From assembly GCA_018816185.1 (NCBI GenBank), contig JAHIWI010000115.1, positions 6,454 to 70,453 of the forward strand: a DNA stretch of 64,000 bases, written 5' to 3'. Every line of letters starts with the position of its first letter. Within the stretch, counting starts at the first letter, position 1. Positions 40,164-50,811 of the stretch are shown here, in pieces. The notes under the pieces are model-generated. The model had not been told where the DNA came from, ran no database searches, and worked only from the letters and a program-made list of their open reading frames with translations. A program made the position numbers and the translations under genes. The DNA comes from Bacillota bacterium. GTDB lineage: Bacteria; Bacillota; Bacilli; Bacillales_A; Planococcaceae.

Positions 40164-41228
40164 ATGAAACAATCAGAACTATATGATGTAACGATTATTG
40201 GTGGAGGTCCAGCTGGACTTTATGCCAGTTTTTATAGTGGGTTGCGTGGATTAAAAACAAAGATTATTGAATTCCAACCTCAACTTGGCGGCAAAATTCA
40301 TGTGTACCCCGAGAAAATGATTTGGGACGTTGGCGGACACCCCCCACTTCCTGGCGCATTGTTAATCGATAAACTAGTTGAGCAAGGTTTAACCTTCCAA
40401 CCAACCGTCGTATTAAATAGAAAAGTTGAAGCCATTCAACAAGGCGATGATCAAATTTTTGAACTCGTCACTGATTCGAATGAACATCATTTCTCTAAAA
40501 CCATCATTGTGGCTATTGGTAGTGGCATTTTAACTCCACAGAAACTTCAAATTGAAGGTGCTGACCGATTTGAAGTGAGCAACTTAAATTACACAATTAA
40601 ATCGTTAATGCATTTTAAAGATAAAACGGTCGTTATTTCAGGTGGTGGGAATTCAGCCATTGACTGGGCGAATGAACTCGCTCCAATTGCAAAACAAATT
40701 ATTGTCGTCTATCGAAAAGGTGACTTTACTGGCCATGAAGCACAAGTATCCAAACTTTTTGAAAGCAATGCCATCTGTCTGTTCCATAACTCAATCTCAA
40801 AACTGATTGCTTCAAGTGATAATTCTAGAATTGAAACGGTTGAAATCACACATGCCTCAACCGGTGAAAAACAATATTTAGCTGTAGATGAGATTGTCAT
40901 TAATCATGGATATGAACGGGATATTGCCTTACTTGAAAACAGCCTCGTTCAAATACAATTAGCGGATGGATCGTTTATTGAAGGAAGCACGAACAGTGAA
41001 GCTTCTGTTCCAGGGATCTTTGCAGCCGGCGATATATTAAAGCACGAAGCCAAACTGAATCTCATTGCAGGGACTTTCCAAGATGCTGCGAATGCGGTGA
41101 ATAAAGCGAAGCAATATATTGAACCAGAGGCTGCCAGTGTAGCAATGGTTTCCTCTCATAACGATGTCTTTAAAGCGCGCAATAAAGAACTGGTGAAAGA
41201 GTTATTAAAAGAAAATGTGCATGCTTAA
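40164..41228 (+). CDS. ycgT: ferredoxin/flavodoxin-NADP+ reductase, YcgT-like
   Basis: GGGPAG, YPEKMIWDVGG, GGGNSAIDWA, AAGD, VSSHN; divergent from the Fur-regulated uptake operon. Confidence 0.8.
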   Translation: MKQSELYDVTIIGGGPAGLYASFYSGLRGLKTKIIEFQPQLGGKIHVYPEKMIWDVGGHPPLPGALLIDKLVEQGLTFQPTVVLNRKVEAIQQGDDQIFELVTDSNEHHFSKTIIVAIGSGILTPQKLQIEGADRFEVSNLNYTIKSLMHFKDKTVVISGGGNSAIDWANELAPIAKQIIVVYRKGDFTGHEAQVSKLFESNAICLFHNSISKLIASSDNSRIETVEITHASTGEKQYLAVDEIVINHGYERDIALLENSLVQIQLADGSFIEGSTNSEASVPGIFAAGDILKHEAKLNLIAGTFQDAANAVNKAKQYIEPEAASVAMVSSHNDVFKARNKELVKELLKENVHA

Positions 41229-41318
41229 GGTACTTATTTGAACCATCAGAAAAGGGAATCCCAAAAGTCATGAAAGTGAATTTTTTGGGATTCCTCTTTT
41301 CTTTATCTATATAGTAGA

Positions 41319-41446
41319 TGCTGATTTTCATTGCTGCGGACGCTTTCCGGGGGGCACGGCTTTAGCCGCTTCCCTCGCGATGCTCAGTCTAGGGTCTAAA
41401 GCTCGTGCTGATCCCCTCGGAGTCGCCGCCTTCATTTCAATCAGCA
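41319..41446. repeat. REP-like GC-rich palindromic interspersed repeat
   Basis: Ends TGCTGATT/AATCAGCA; shares GGACGCTTTCCGGGGG(G)CACGGCT and CTCGTGCTG.TCCC...GGAGTC with 29670-29740. Confidence 0.7.
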
Positions 41447-41637
41447 AAAATCCTATAAAATCTAGTTTTATATTGCTCCTCACTTTAAGGCTTGTTGGTA
41501 CTAATAATTAGACACCCTTTGGTTATTACTCATTAATAATGAAGGAGAATTAATTTCCCATTTCCCTATATAATCAATCTCACACTGAATAATTATGTTA
41601 TCCTAAATTTTCAATATGATAACCAAGGAGTGATTTT

Positions 41638-42108
41638 TTGGAACACCCATACTCATGTCATTTTGAAATAGATTATAGATACCGAGATGTTGAAATTAAA
41701 TTAAATGGAGATCATCAAGAAATCCATTTCAAATTTATGATCGCATTCTATTCAATACCTTCTTTTTTCTTTGTACTGTTACGGCTATGGGATGGAAAAA
41801 CCAAAAAAACTGAAATAGACGGTTTTGGTTTTGCGGTAAGATATTATTTCAATGTAGAGGAGAAAAATTTATTTATTGAACATTTAACTAATGACGAAAA
41901 TGATCAACCTATTACTAAAAATTATAAATTCAACTTCGAGAAATTTGTTAAAGCAATAGATAAAGGATTTTCTGAGTTTCTCCAAGAACAACTTAGTAAA
42001 GGAATACTCCCTCTAAAAGTTGAGGAACATTCTCACCCCTTATCGAAACATGTAATTAACGAATATGAAGAATTCTCGACCATCATCAATGCGAGAAAAG
42101 GTAAATGA
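41638..42108 (+). CDS. hypothetical protein
   Basis: AAGGAG RBS before TTG; 156-aa ORF. Confidence 0.65.
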   Translation: MEHPYSCHFEIDYRYRDVEIKLNGDHQEIHFKFMIAFYSIPSFFFVLLRLWDGKTKKTEIDGFGFAVRYYFNVEEKNLFIEHLTNDENDQPITKNYKFNFEKFVKAIDKGFSEFLQEQLSKGILPLKVEEHSHPLSKHVINEYEEFSTIINARKGK

Positions 42109-42350
42109 AAATTAAGGAGACAAATGTAATTGGAGTGGGAAAAATACAAATGGATGAAATAAAACGCTATTTAAGAGACCGGCAAAAATCATATTTTTTT
42201 AATGCAATATTTTTTATTTTAATATTTAGTATTGTCATCTTTTTCTTTGGACCTCCGAGGTATTATGTTGTACCAATTTTGTCGATGATAATAGGTTACG
42301 GTATTGTGGAGTTTCACGCGTATAAACTTTGGAAAAAAGTTGAATTTTGA
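42105..42350 (+). CDS. small 2-TM membrane protein
   Basis: Two hydrophobic segments; true start may be ATG 42150. Confidence 0.55.
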   Translation: MKIKETNVIGVGKIQMDEIKRYLRDRQKSYFFNAIFFILIFSIVIFFFGPPRYYVVPILSMIIGYGIVEFHAYKLWKKVEF

Positions 42351-42502
42351 GTTTAATATCATCTTTAACTCTCCTGAAAAATTTATACTCTTTGACTTTC
42401 TGTCATGTAGCTATTAATAAAAGACAGAAAAAAACGTGCTTGGACATGCTACTCCAAGCTCGTTTTTCTATACAAATCAATCATTAATTTTAATATAACC
42501 TA

Positions 42503-43849
42503 TTAAACAAACAAACTTAAAAGCAAAATAAATCCTAATCCAGCTACTGATATAATCGTTTCTAGCAATGTCCATGTAGCAAACGTTTCTTTTAGCGTTA
42601 AACCAAAGAACTCTTTGAACATCCAAAAACCTGCGTCATTTACATGGGAAGCTATTAAACTACCTGCTCCTGTTGCAAGAACTACTAAAGCCAAATTTAC
42701 ATCCGTAGTGCCTAACAAAGGAATGACTAAACCGGCAGTCGTTAAAGCTGCAACGGTTGCTGATCCTAATGCAATTCGTAAGATAGCAGCGATCATCCAT
42801 GCTAATAAAATCGGTGATAATGTTGTATCACTAAATAACTCTGCAACGTATCCGCCAACACCACCATCGATTAACACTTGTTTGAAGGCTCCGCCACCAC
42901 CAATGATCAATAACATCATCCCAATACTAGCAATAGCACTAGAACAAGAATTCATCACTTCTTTCATTGGAATATTTCGTGCTAACCCCATTGTGTAAAT
43001 TGCTAATAATAAAGACAGTAACATAGCGGTAGAAGCGTTCCCTATAAATCGAACAATTTCAAACGTCATATTATCTGGAATGTCCATTGTTTGTTGAACC
43101 ATCGTAATAACTGTTGCAATCGACATAAGAATAACAGGAAACATTGCCGTGAATACACTGATTCCAAATCCAGGTGTTTCTTCAAGGTTAAATGTTTTTT
43201 GTTCTCCTAAAGAGGCAATATCACCAGTTCGGTTAAATGAATCCGGCACAAGTTTTTTAGCAATCTTCGTAAACAAAGGTCCTGCTAAAATGACTGTAGG
43301 AATGGCGATTATAAAGCCATAAAGTAATACTTCACCAATATTAGCACCATATTCACCGGAAATAACGGTTGGTCCCGGATGAGGTGGTAGAAAACCGTGT
43401 GTCACAGATAATGCTGCAGCCATTGGAATTCCCAAATAGAGAATAGACACTTTTAATTGTTTTGAAATGGAGAAGATAATTGGAATTAATAAGACTAAAC
43501 CAACTTCAAAGAATAACGCCACACCGATAATGAATGATGCCACGACAACTGCCCATTGGATGTTTTTCGGTCCAAACTTATCGATTAAGGTCATGGCAAT
43601 ACGTTGAGCCCCACCCGCATCTGCAATTAATTTACCTAGCATCGCACCAAGTCCAAAGATTAATGCTAAATGTCCAAGCGTTCCACCTAGACCCGCTTCA
43701 ATTGATGTAACGATACTACCTAACGGCATCCCTAATCCTAAAGCAACTCCAAAAGCGACAATGATTAATGAAACAAACGTATTTAGTTTAAAGCCCATAA
43801 TCAGAACGAGTAAAGACACAATTCCGATGGCAACAATAAATAACGGCAT
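42503..43849 (-). CDS. gntP: gluconate permease
   Basis: KLNTFVSL, THGFLPPHPGP, LRIALGSATVA, SHVNDAGFWMFKE. Confidence 0.95.
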   Translation of the reverse strand: MPLFIVAIGIVSLLVLIMGFKLNTFVSLIIVAFGVALGLGMPLGSIVTSIEAGLGGTLGHLALIFGLGAMLGKLIADAGGAQRIAMTLIDKFGPKNIQWAVVVASFIIGVALFFEVGLVLLIPIIFSISKQLKVSILYLGIPMAAALSVTHGFLPPHPGPTVISGEYGANIGEVLLYGFIIAIPTVILAGPLFTKIAKKLVPDSFNRTGDIASLGEQKTFNLEETPGFGISVFTAMFPVILMSIATVITMVQQTMDIPDNMTFEIVRFIGNASTAMLLSLLLAIYTMGLARNIPMKEVMNSCSSAIASIGMMLLIIGGGGAFKQVLIDGGVGGYVAELFSDTTLSPILLAWMIAAILRIALGSATVAALTTAGLVIPLLGTTDVNLALVVLATGAGSLIASHVNDAGFWMFKEFFGLTLKETFATWTLLETIISVAGLGFILLLSLFV

Positions 43850-43866
43850 TTTTATTTCCCCCAATT

Positions 43867-45417
43867 TTAGTTCGTATTTTTAGATAAACCTCTTTGATAC
43901 TTTGCAATACTTGCATACTCTTTTTCTAAAACTCTTGATACATTGATGAAAATTGGTAGTAATTCTCTGTATTCTTGTACATCTTCTTCGATTGGTGTGT
44001 GTTTATGTGTACTGCCAATCATGTCAGATACAACATCGAATGATTCGATTTCACCGATCGCGTATAATCCTAAAATACATGCGCCTAAACAGGAGCTTTC
44101 ATAGCTTTCAGGTACAATTACTTCCAGATCAAAAATGTCAGCCATCATTTGACGCCAAACATCTGACCTTGCGAACCCTCCAGTTGCTTGAATTCGGACA
44201 ACTGGTTCATCCATCACTTCCAGCAAGGCTAAAAACACGGTATACAAATTGTAAATAACACCTTCAAGAGCTGCTCGAATCATATGTTCTTTTTTATGGG
44301 ACATTGTTAAACCAAAAAACGAACCGCGTACATCCGGATTCCATAATGGTGCTCTTTCTCCTGCTAAATATGGATGAAACAGTAGGCCATCTGCTCCAGG
44401 TCTTACGCGTTCAGCAATCTTAATTAACACTTCATACGGATCAATTCCTAAACGTTTTGCGGTTTCTACTTCTGAAGACGCAAACTCGTCCCGAATCCAT
44501 CGAAGGACCATTCCACCATTATTAACAGGACCCCCAATAACCCAATGTTTTTCCGTTAAGGCATAGCAGAAAATTCGACCCTTTTCATCCGTTTGAGGTC
44601 GATCAATAACTGTTCGAATCGCTCCACTCGTACCAATTGTTACAGCTACTTCGCCTTTTCCAATGGCATTTACACCAATATTTGAAAGTACGCCGTCACT
44701 AGCTCCAATCACGAAAACGGTTTCCGAACTAATGCCAAGCTGCTTAGCAATATCTGCACTACAGTTTTTAAAAGTTTCAGTTGTAGGTACTAATTCCGAT
44801 AATTGCTCTCTTGTTACTCCTGCAATATTGAGAGCTTCTTTGTCCCAATCTAATTCTTTCAGATTCATCATACCCATAGCTGAAGCCAAAGAATGATCCA
44901 CAACATATTCGTCAAATAACTTTTTAAACACATATTCTTTAATGCCTATATATTTTTTCGCTTTACTAGCAATCTCCGGTTTTTCATTCACAATCCAAGC
45001 CAATTTACTTAAAGGGGACATCGGATGAATCGGTGTTCCCGTCCGTTTGTAAACTTCATGCCCATTCATCTCTTCTTTAATTTTCCGCGTCCAAGCTTCA
45101 CTTCGATTATCAGCCCAGGTAATGCATTGCGTAAGTGGTTGATCATGCACGTCCATTACAATCACACTATGCATAGCACTACTAAATGAAATGAACTGTA
45201 AGTCTTCAGAAGATATGTTGGATTGAGATATAACCTGTGAAATTACATGTAAAACAGCTTGAAAAATTTCTTCTGGATCTTGCTCAGCTGTCGATATATT
45301 CGGTGTGTGTAGTGGATATCCCTTGTTTTCTTGTTGAATGATCTCACCTTGTTGTGTAAATAAAACGGCTTTCGTGCTGGTAGTACCAATATCTACACCT
45401 AACATGTAGTTCGTCAT
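43867..45417 (-). CDS. gntK: gluconokinase (FGGY family)
   Basis: MTNYMLGVDIGTTSTKA, TGTPIHPMSPL, GASDG, PYLAGERAP; ATGA overlap with gntR. Confidence 0.95.
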   Translation of the reverse strand: MTNYMLGVDIGTTSTKAVLFTQQGEIIQQENKGYPLHTPNISTAEQDPEEIFQAVLHVISQVISQSNISSEDLQFISFSSAMHSVIVMDVHDQPLTQCITWADNRSEAWTRKIKEEMNGHEVYKRTGTPIHPMSPLSKLAWIVNEKPEIASKAKKYIGIKEYVFKKLFDEYVVDHSLASAMGMMNLKELDWDKEALNIAGVTREQLSELVPTTETFKNCSADIAKQLGISSETVFVIGASDGVLSNIGVNAIGKGEVAVTIGTSGAIRTVIDRPQTDEKGRIFCYALTEKHWVIGGPVNNGGMVLRWIRDEFASSEVETAKRLGIDPYEVLIKIAERVRPGADGLLFHPYLAGERAPLWNPDVRGSFFGLTMSHKKEHMIRAALEGVIYNLYTVFLALLEVMDEPVVRIQATGGFARSDVWRQMMADIFDLEVIVPESYESSCLGACILGLYAIGEIESFDVVSDMIGSTHKHTPIEEDVQEYRELLPIFINVSRVLEKEYASIAKYQRGLSKNTN

Positions 45418-46142
45418 TGATTTTGCTCTCCTTTTTTCGTGAGCATTTGTTGAGACATCCAAAGATCATCGACGGTACCTTGTACGTCATCAAAATTCTG
45501 GTGCATAGCCTGAATCATGATATCTCTATCTTTCGTTTGAATCGCTTCTATATAAAGGTCATGATTCTTTAAGATGCGAGAAAAATCATCCACCTTTTCT
45601 TCTAATCGCATCCTCATGGATAACAGAATTAAGCTTTCCATAACTGGTTTTGCATTGTTCCAAATCAAGTAGATGTAAGAATGATCAATCGAACGAATGA
45701 CTGTCTCATGGAATAAAACATCTTGGTATGAAAACTCATCGGCATCCTTATATTTAATCGCTACTTCCATCATTTCGCGGATTTTACTCAGTTCTTGAAC
45801 TAATTTCGTTGTATCGATCTTTAATATACGTTCATATACAAATGTCTCAATTAATAGACGCACATCATATAATTCTTTAATATCTTGTTCATTTAACCCA
45901 ATAACGACCGCTCCCATTCGCTCTAAACGAATCATGTTTTCGGATGCTAATGTTTTTAATGCTTCCCTAATGGGCGATCGACTCACTTCAAACTCTTGAG
46001 CTAACTTATTTTCGGATAAAACGGTACCTGCTGGGATCAAGCCTGAAATAATTCGAATACGTAGTTCCGATGCTAAACGAACTCCAGTGGAAGCGTTTGC
46101 AATCCACTTTAAAGGAAATAAGAATTCTTCTCGTTTTTCCAT
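45414..46142 (-). CDS. gntR: gluconate operon repressor
   Basis: LSENKLAQEFEVSRSPIREAL HTH; operon context. Confidence 0.92.
   Translation of the reverse strand: MEKREEFLFPLKWIANASTGVRLASELRIRIISGLIPAGTVLSENKLAQEFEVSRSPIREALKTLASENMIRLERMGAVVIGLNEQDIKELYDVRLLIETFVYERILKIDTTKLVQELSKIREMMEVAIKYKDADEFSYQDVLFHETVIRSIDHSYIYLIWNNAKPVMESLILLSMRMRLEEKVDDFSRILKNHDLYIEAIQTKDRDIMIQAMHQNFDDVQGTVDDLWMSQQMLTKKGEQNQ
46088..46101. promoter_or_regulatory. cre site inside gntR (cre-down)
   Basis: TGGAAGCGTTTGCA; B. subtilis gnt also has an intragenic cre. Confidence 0.65.
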
Positions 46143-46168
46143 AATGTCAGTCCTTTATTTAGAATAGG

Positions 46169-46222
46169 TATACTTGTATACAAGTATAATAGTGGAGAAA
46201 CACAAAAATGTAAACGCTTTTA
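46169..46222. promoter_or_regulatory. GntR operator and upstream cre
   Basis: Perfect palindrome TATACTTGTATACAAGTATA (46169-46188), like the B. subtilis gnt operator; TGTAAACGCTTTTA (46209-46222). Confidence 0.85.
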
Positions 46223-46479
46223 TCTTTATTAAGTGACTTAAGTATGTGGAGAACAATAGATTAGCTTCACCAATATGTTTGAGTATTAATTCTCTTTAAC
46301 TAAACAATGTAAGTAAATCCTTTTCAAATAAAATAGCATTTTGGGGTTTTTTTTTGAATTTTAGGTAAGAATTATAAGGATATCTATCTGGAAGCTAGTT
46401 GGACCAATGAATCAACTGGTCTCGGCATCTTCACTATTTTCACATTAAGGAATAGAACTACTTAGGAGAAGGAGGGTTA

Positions 46480-47190
46480 TTGATGGATTTGAACTCTTTA
46501 TGGAGTGGTGGAAATTCATTAAATCCATTGGAGATTTTCTTAAGAGTCACGATTCTCTATTTCAGCATTTTGTTTATGACCCGTCTGATGGGACCTCGAC
46601 AAGTTGGGATTGTCTCAGCATTTAATTTTATCACCCATGCTGGAATGGCTCATGTGGCTACATCCCGAATGGTCAACCCCGAATCTTCACTCACGGCAGC
46701 GCTCATCATTATTGTGGTGGCTTATTCGCTAAGTCTTTTGCTTTCATGGGTCGATTATAAATTTCCATCATGGGTGGGAACAAGTCCGATATCCTTGGTG
46801 AAAAACGGACAAATACTTCAATCTAATTTAAAAAAGGCTTATGTAACCATGGACGATTTGTTAGCTCAGCTCCGCTTGAAAAAAGCCCACAATTTGTCTG
46901 AAGTGGCATCAGCTGTGCTAGAACCAATGGGGGAATTGAGTGTAGTGAAAAAACCGGAATCCTCGCCTGTTACCCGGAGCATGATGAAAATTCCGGAGAT
47001 ACCAACAGGAACGGGAGCAATACTCATTTATGACGGAAAAATAGAGCGCCAAAGTCTAAAACCTCTTGGATTGCAAGATACCTGGCTTGAACAGGAAATA
47101 GCGAAAAAAGGATTTTCCATTCCACAGATTTTACTTGCGACTTTAGAATCAACAGGCTCAATTCATGTAAGCGTGAAAAGTCATGAATAA
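46480..47190 (+). CDS. DUF421/YetF-family membrane protein
   Basis: RLMGPRQV, LVKNGQI, AVLEPMGELSV, LIYDGKI. Confidence 0.85.
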   Translation: MMDLNSLWSGGNSLNPLEIFLRVTILYFSILFMTRLMGPRQVGIVSAFNFITHAGMAHVATSRMVNPESSLTAALIIIVVAYSLSLLLSWVDYKFPSWVGTSPISLVKNGQILQSNLKKAYVTMDDLLAQLRLKKAHNLSEVASAVLEPMGELSVVKKPESSPVTRSMMKIPEIPTGTGAILIYDGKIERQSLKPLGLQDTWLEQEIAKKGFSIPQILLATLESTGSIHVSVKSHE

Positions 47191-47905
47191 AATCATCGAA
47201 TTTTTCCAATCCAATGAACTGCTTTCCAATACGGGATTTGCCACAAGAACCGTCGTATCGATCATCCTGATTTATTTCATGAGTCGTTTTCTTTTAAAAC
47301 GGGCAGCGGGACAATTTACTGCTTTCGATTTTGTGTTTCTATGGATGTTAGGTGCTTTAGCAGTGGCTCCACTGCTTGATGGAAAAATCCTGTTTGCAAC
47401 GACTATTCTCGCAACAGCAACGCTCTATTTATGGCATTTCCTAATTTCATGGCTTAGTGTAAGAAGCCATACATTTGCTTCGCTGATCAGGAGACAGTCA
47501 ACCCTTTTGGTGGAAAAGGGGATAATTAATGAAAAGAATATGCGGAAGAGCTTCTTTAACAATGACTTACTTCTTGCTGAAATGCGGTTGGCAGAAGCCC
47601 ATGATTTAAAAGAGGTTAACCAAGTTAGGTTGGAACCAAGTGGACATTTGAGTATTGTAAAAAACTCTAAAAACCTGCCTCCGACTCCTGCTGATTTTAA
47701 GATTCCAGTGCCACCTGGCGGGTTGCCGACTGTACTCATTAATAATGGAAAAGTCATACAAGAAAATTTAATATTATTAGGTCTTACCGAAGTATGGTTG
47801 GAAAACCAGTTATTCAAAAGAGGAATTATAAACATCAAAGATATGTATTTAGCTACCATTAGTCCAGATGGTGAGTTTTATTATTCCATTAAAAACTTTC
47901 ATTAG
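47183..47905 (+). CDS. DUF421/YetF-family membrane protein
   Basis: GQFTAFDFV, LEPSGHLSI, LINNGKV, TEVWLENQL. Confidence 0.85.
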   Translation: MNKIIEFFQSNELLSNTGFATRTVVSIILIYFMSRFLLKRAAGQFTAFDFVFLWMLGALAVAPLLDGKILFATTILATATLYLWHFLISWLSVRSHTFASLIRRQSTLLVEKGIINEKNMRKSFFNNDLLLAEMRLAEAHDLKEVNQVRLEPSGHLSIVKNSKNLPPTPADFKIPVPPGGLPTVLINNGKVIQENLILLGLTEVWLENQLFKRGIINIKDMYLATISPDGEFYYSIKNFH

Positions 47906-47921
47906 AGAGGAGAACAACACC

Positions 47922-48122
47922 ATGCTTTCAGAACGAGAAATAATGAACAATGGTTTTAAGGAGCTACTTTTTCAAGAGCAAGTGTTAGCCAATAAATTAG
48001 CTGAGTTACACAAAGAGATTACAGATCCACCAATTCAAACCATGTTTCAAGGAATGGAAATGGCATCACGCACACGTCAAAGCATGATAACCCAAAAGAT
48101 GAGTGGATATGGCATTGTTTAA
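47922..48122 (+). CDS. small spore-coat-like helical protein
   Basis: GAGGAG RBS before ATG 47922; MLSEREIM...ITDPPIQTMF. Confidence 0.6.
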   Translation: MLSEREIMNNGFKELLFQEQVLANKLAELHKEITDPPIQTMFQGMEMASRTRQSMITQKMSGYGIV

Positions 48123-48137
48123 TAGGGAGGTTGAAGA

Positions 48138-48320
48138 ATGAACAAACATGATAAATTACATGACATGTTAGAGACTGAAATGAGCATTCAAATGTTATAT
48201 AACAAATACATGATGAAAATTACAAACCCTGAGGTCAGACAACTCTTTTCACAATTTCGGGATGAACATATGCAACATATTACTCAAATCCAGCAACAGG
48301 TTCAGCAGTTGAATAACTAA
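48138..48320 (+). CDS. small spore-coat-like (Coat F/ferritin-like half) protein
   Basis: GGGAGG RBS; DMLETE...ITNPEVRQLFSQFRDEHMQH; terminator at 48372-48398. Confidence 0.65.
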   Translation: MNKHDKLHDMLETEMSIQMLYNKYMMKITNPEVRQLFSQFRDEHMQHITQIQQQVQQLNN

Positions 48321-48543
48321 CAAGCAACTTGCCACTTTTCAAACCTTGAACTGAACTAATAGTGGATACATAAAAAAACCCCTATTCGGGGTTTTTTGTG
48401 TTTAAGTTTATATTCAGTATTCCATTTTTAGATGGAGAATCATTTAAAAAACTTTCTACAAAAAACTTTGTGAATATTTCTGCGTTAATCTAAAGACTAA
48501 GGAATTAGTTAACGGAAATACTAACATTATTGGGGGGATAATC

Positions 48544-49971
48544 GTGCAAAATAATGAAGTAACCATACCTAACCCTGAAAACACTAAGGAAAAAATCAAA
48601 ATTATTATAGTTCTTGCAATGCCAGCAGTAATAGAAAATTTTTTTCAGACGATTCTCGGTTTTGTTGATACTTACTTTGTATCAAAAATTGGCCTTGAGG
48701 AAGTTTCTGCAGTTGGTGTCACTAATGCTTTGCTCGCCATTTATTTTGCGTTGTTTATGGCAATTGGCGTTGCGGCTAATGTACGGATTGCAAATTTTAT
48801 TGGAGCGAAACAACCAGAAAAAGCTCGACACATTGCTCAACAATCGGTTATATTGGCTATTTTGTTTGGCATATTGACGGGAATTATGACTATGTTTTTT
48901 GCAGAACCATTACTAAAGTTGATGGGAATAGAAGATATTGTACTAGAGGCAGGTGTTATTTACTTTAAAATCGTAGCAATTCCCTCTGTATTTATGTCTT
49001 TAATGTTTGTACTAAGTGCGGTTTTAAGAGGAGCTGGCAATACACGTGCTCCAATGAAAGCCAGTATTTTAATTAACATCGTTAACGGTGTATTGGACTA
49101 TATTTTAATTTTCGGGTTCTGGATAATTCCCGAAATGGGCATTACCGGTGCTGCAATAGCAACTGTTGTTTCAAGAATTATTGGTAGCCTCGCTCTCTTT
49201 TATTATATAAAGCGCTCTCCTTTTCTTGCTTTTAGGAAGGATTATTGGAAACCAGATAAACAACACATACGGGAATTAATCACCCTCGGAGGACCTGCTG
49301 CTGGTGAAAGGCTAGTCATGAGGCTTGGACAAATCGTTTACTTTGGATTCGTTGTCGCACTTGGTACTCATGTTTTTGCAGCTCATCAAATCGCTGGCAA
49401 CGTGGAGGTGTTCTCCTATATGATTGGCTACGGTTTTGCGACCGCTGCAACCATTCTTGTTGGACAGCAAATTGGTGCCGGAAACATAGGAGAAGCAAAG
49501 AAATACGCTGTCCTTTGTACAGGGATCGGGATTGGCTTAATGACAATTATAGGCGTACTTCTTTTCACTTTAGGAGACTGGGCAGGTAGCATATTCACGA
49601 GTGACGCTGAAGTAATTGAAAACATCGGAACATCTTTAAAAGTATCGGGGGTTTTCCAACCATTTCTCGCTTTATTACTCATTCTTACTGGTGCATTTCA
49701 AGGAGCAAATAATACCAAGTTCCCAATGTATCTGACAGCAATCGGCATGTGGGGGATTCGAACATTACTTGTTTATGTACTAGGGATACAACTTGGATGG
49801 GGACTACTCGGTGTATGGATAGCAATCGGGATAGATATTGTTTTTAGAGCCGTGGTCTTAACGATACAATTCACACGAGGGAAATGGATTTCTTTGAAAA
49901 TAGATGCAGAAGATGCATGTCATCCTCAAACGTCAAAAGAAACTATGTCTGGTTGTGTTACTAACTATTAA
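48544..49971 (+). CDS. MATE-family efflux transporter
   Basis: LAMPAVIE, VDTYFVS, LRGAGNTRAPM, MGITGAAIAT, FAAHQI. Confidence 0.92.
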   Translation: MQNNEVTIPNPENTKEKIKIIIVLAMPAVIENFFQTILGFVDTYFVSKIGLEEVSAVGVTNALLAIYFALFMAIGVAANVRIANFIGAKQPEKARHIAQQSVILAILFGILTGIMTMFFAEPLLKLMGIEDIVLEAGVIYFKIVAIPSVFMSLMFVLSAVLRGAGNTRAPMKASILINIVNGVLDYILIFGFWIIPEMGITGAAIATVVSRIIGSLALFYYIKRSPFLAFRKDYWKPDKQHIRELITLGGPAAGERLVMRLGQIVYFGFVVALGTHVFAAHQIAGNVEVFSYMIGYGFATAATILVGQQIGAGNIGEAKKYAVLCTGIGIGLMTIIGVLLFTLGDWAGSIFTSDAEVIENIGTSLKVSGVFQPFLALLLILTGAFQGANNTKFPMYLTAIGMWGIRTLLVYVLGIQLGWGLLGVWIAIGIDIVFRAVVLTIQFTRGKWISLKIDAEDACHPQTSKETMSGCVTNY

Positions 49972-50118
49972 ATAAAATGGGAAGAATGTGTCAGCATAAA
50001 AATCATACAGACATAGGAGTGTAAAATGAAATTAGGTTAACTATTTCTTATCAAAATAAGGTCATTCATTAATATTTAGAAGATGATGAGGGAAATGTCT
50101 CCCCTACTTATCCCTCCA

Positions 50119-50796
50119 TCATTTCCATTTATAGCCGATTCCCCAAACAGTATGAAGAAATTGATCAGTTGAAAAACCTGCATTCTTAAGTTTGTCTCTT
50201 AAGTTTCGTATATGAGAGTCTACCGTACGAATATCGGTGGTTGAATGGTAATCCCAAGCTAGTAAAAGTAATTGATCCCTCGTAAATGTACGTTTTGGGT
50301 AACTAATTAATGCTTCGATTATTTTATATTCTTTCATTGTTAAGGCAACCTGTTTATTTTGAAAGTTTAATGTATAAGATTGTGTATCCAACTCATACCC
50401 ATCGTACTTAATCAACTTTTGCTCTGGTTTTTCATTTGTTATCCGTCTTAATAATGCATTCACCCGGGCGAGTAATTCTTGATCGTCAAAAGGCTTTATT
50501 AAATAATCATCCGCACCAATATTTAATCCTTTTACAACATCAGATTTATCTGTTCTTGCTGTTAACATTAAAATCGGTACGTCAGATCGTTTCCTAATTT
50601 CCACACATGTTTTCCAGCCGTCCATAAATGGCATCATCACATCTAAAACAACTAGGTGAATTTCATCTTCATTAAGAATTTTTAATGCATCTTCCCCACT
50701 AGTAGCCTTTTTACATGTATAACCCTTGGGCATTAAAAACAATTCCAGTAAATCTAACATTCTTCGTTCATCGTCTACTAATAAAATGGTTTGCAT
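50119..50796 (-). CDS. OmpR-family response regulator
   Basis: LVDDE, LDVMMP, GADDYLIKPF, RTVDSHIRNLR, TVWGIGY. Confidence 0.95.
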   Translation of the reverse strand: MQTILLVDDERRMLDLLELFLMPKGYTCKKATSGEDALKILNEDEIHLVVLDVMMPFMDGWKTCVEIRKRSDVPILMLTARTDKSDVVKGLNIGADDYLIKPFDDQELLARVNALLRRITNEKPEQKLIKYDGYELDTQSYTLNFQNKQVALTMKEYKIIEALISYPKRTFTRDQLLLLAWDYHSTTDIRTVDSHIRNLRDKLKNAGFSTDQFLHTVWGIGYKWK

Positions 50797-50811
50797 ATTT
50801 ATGCTCCCTTC

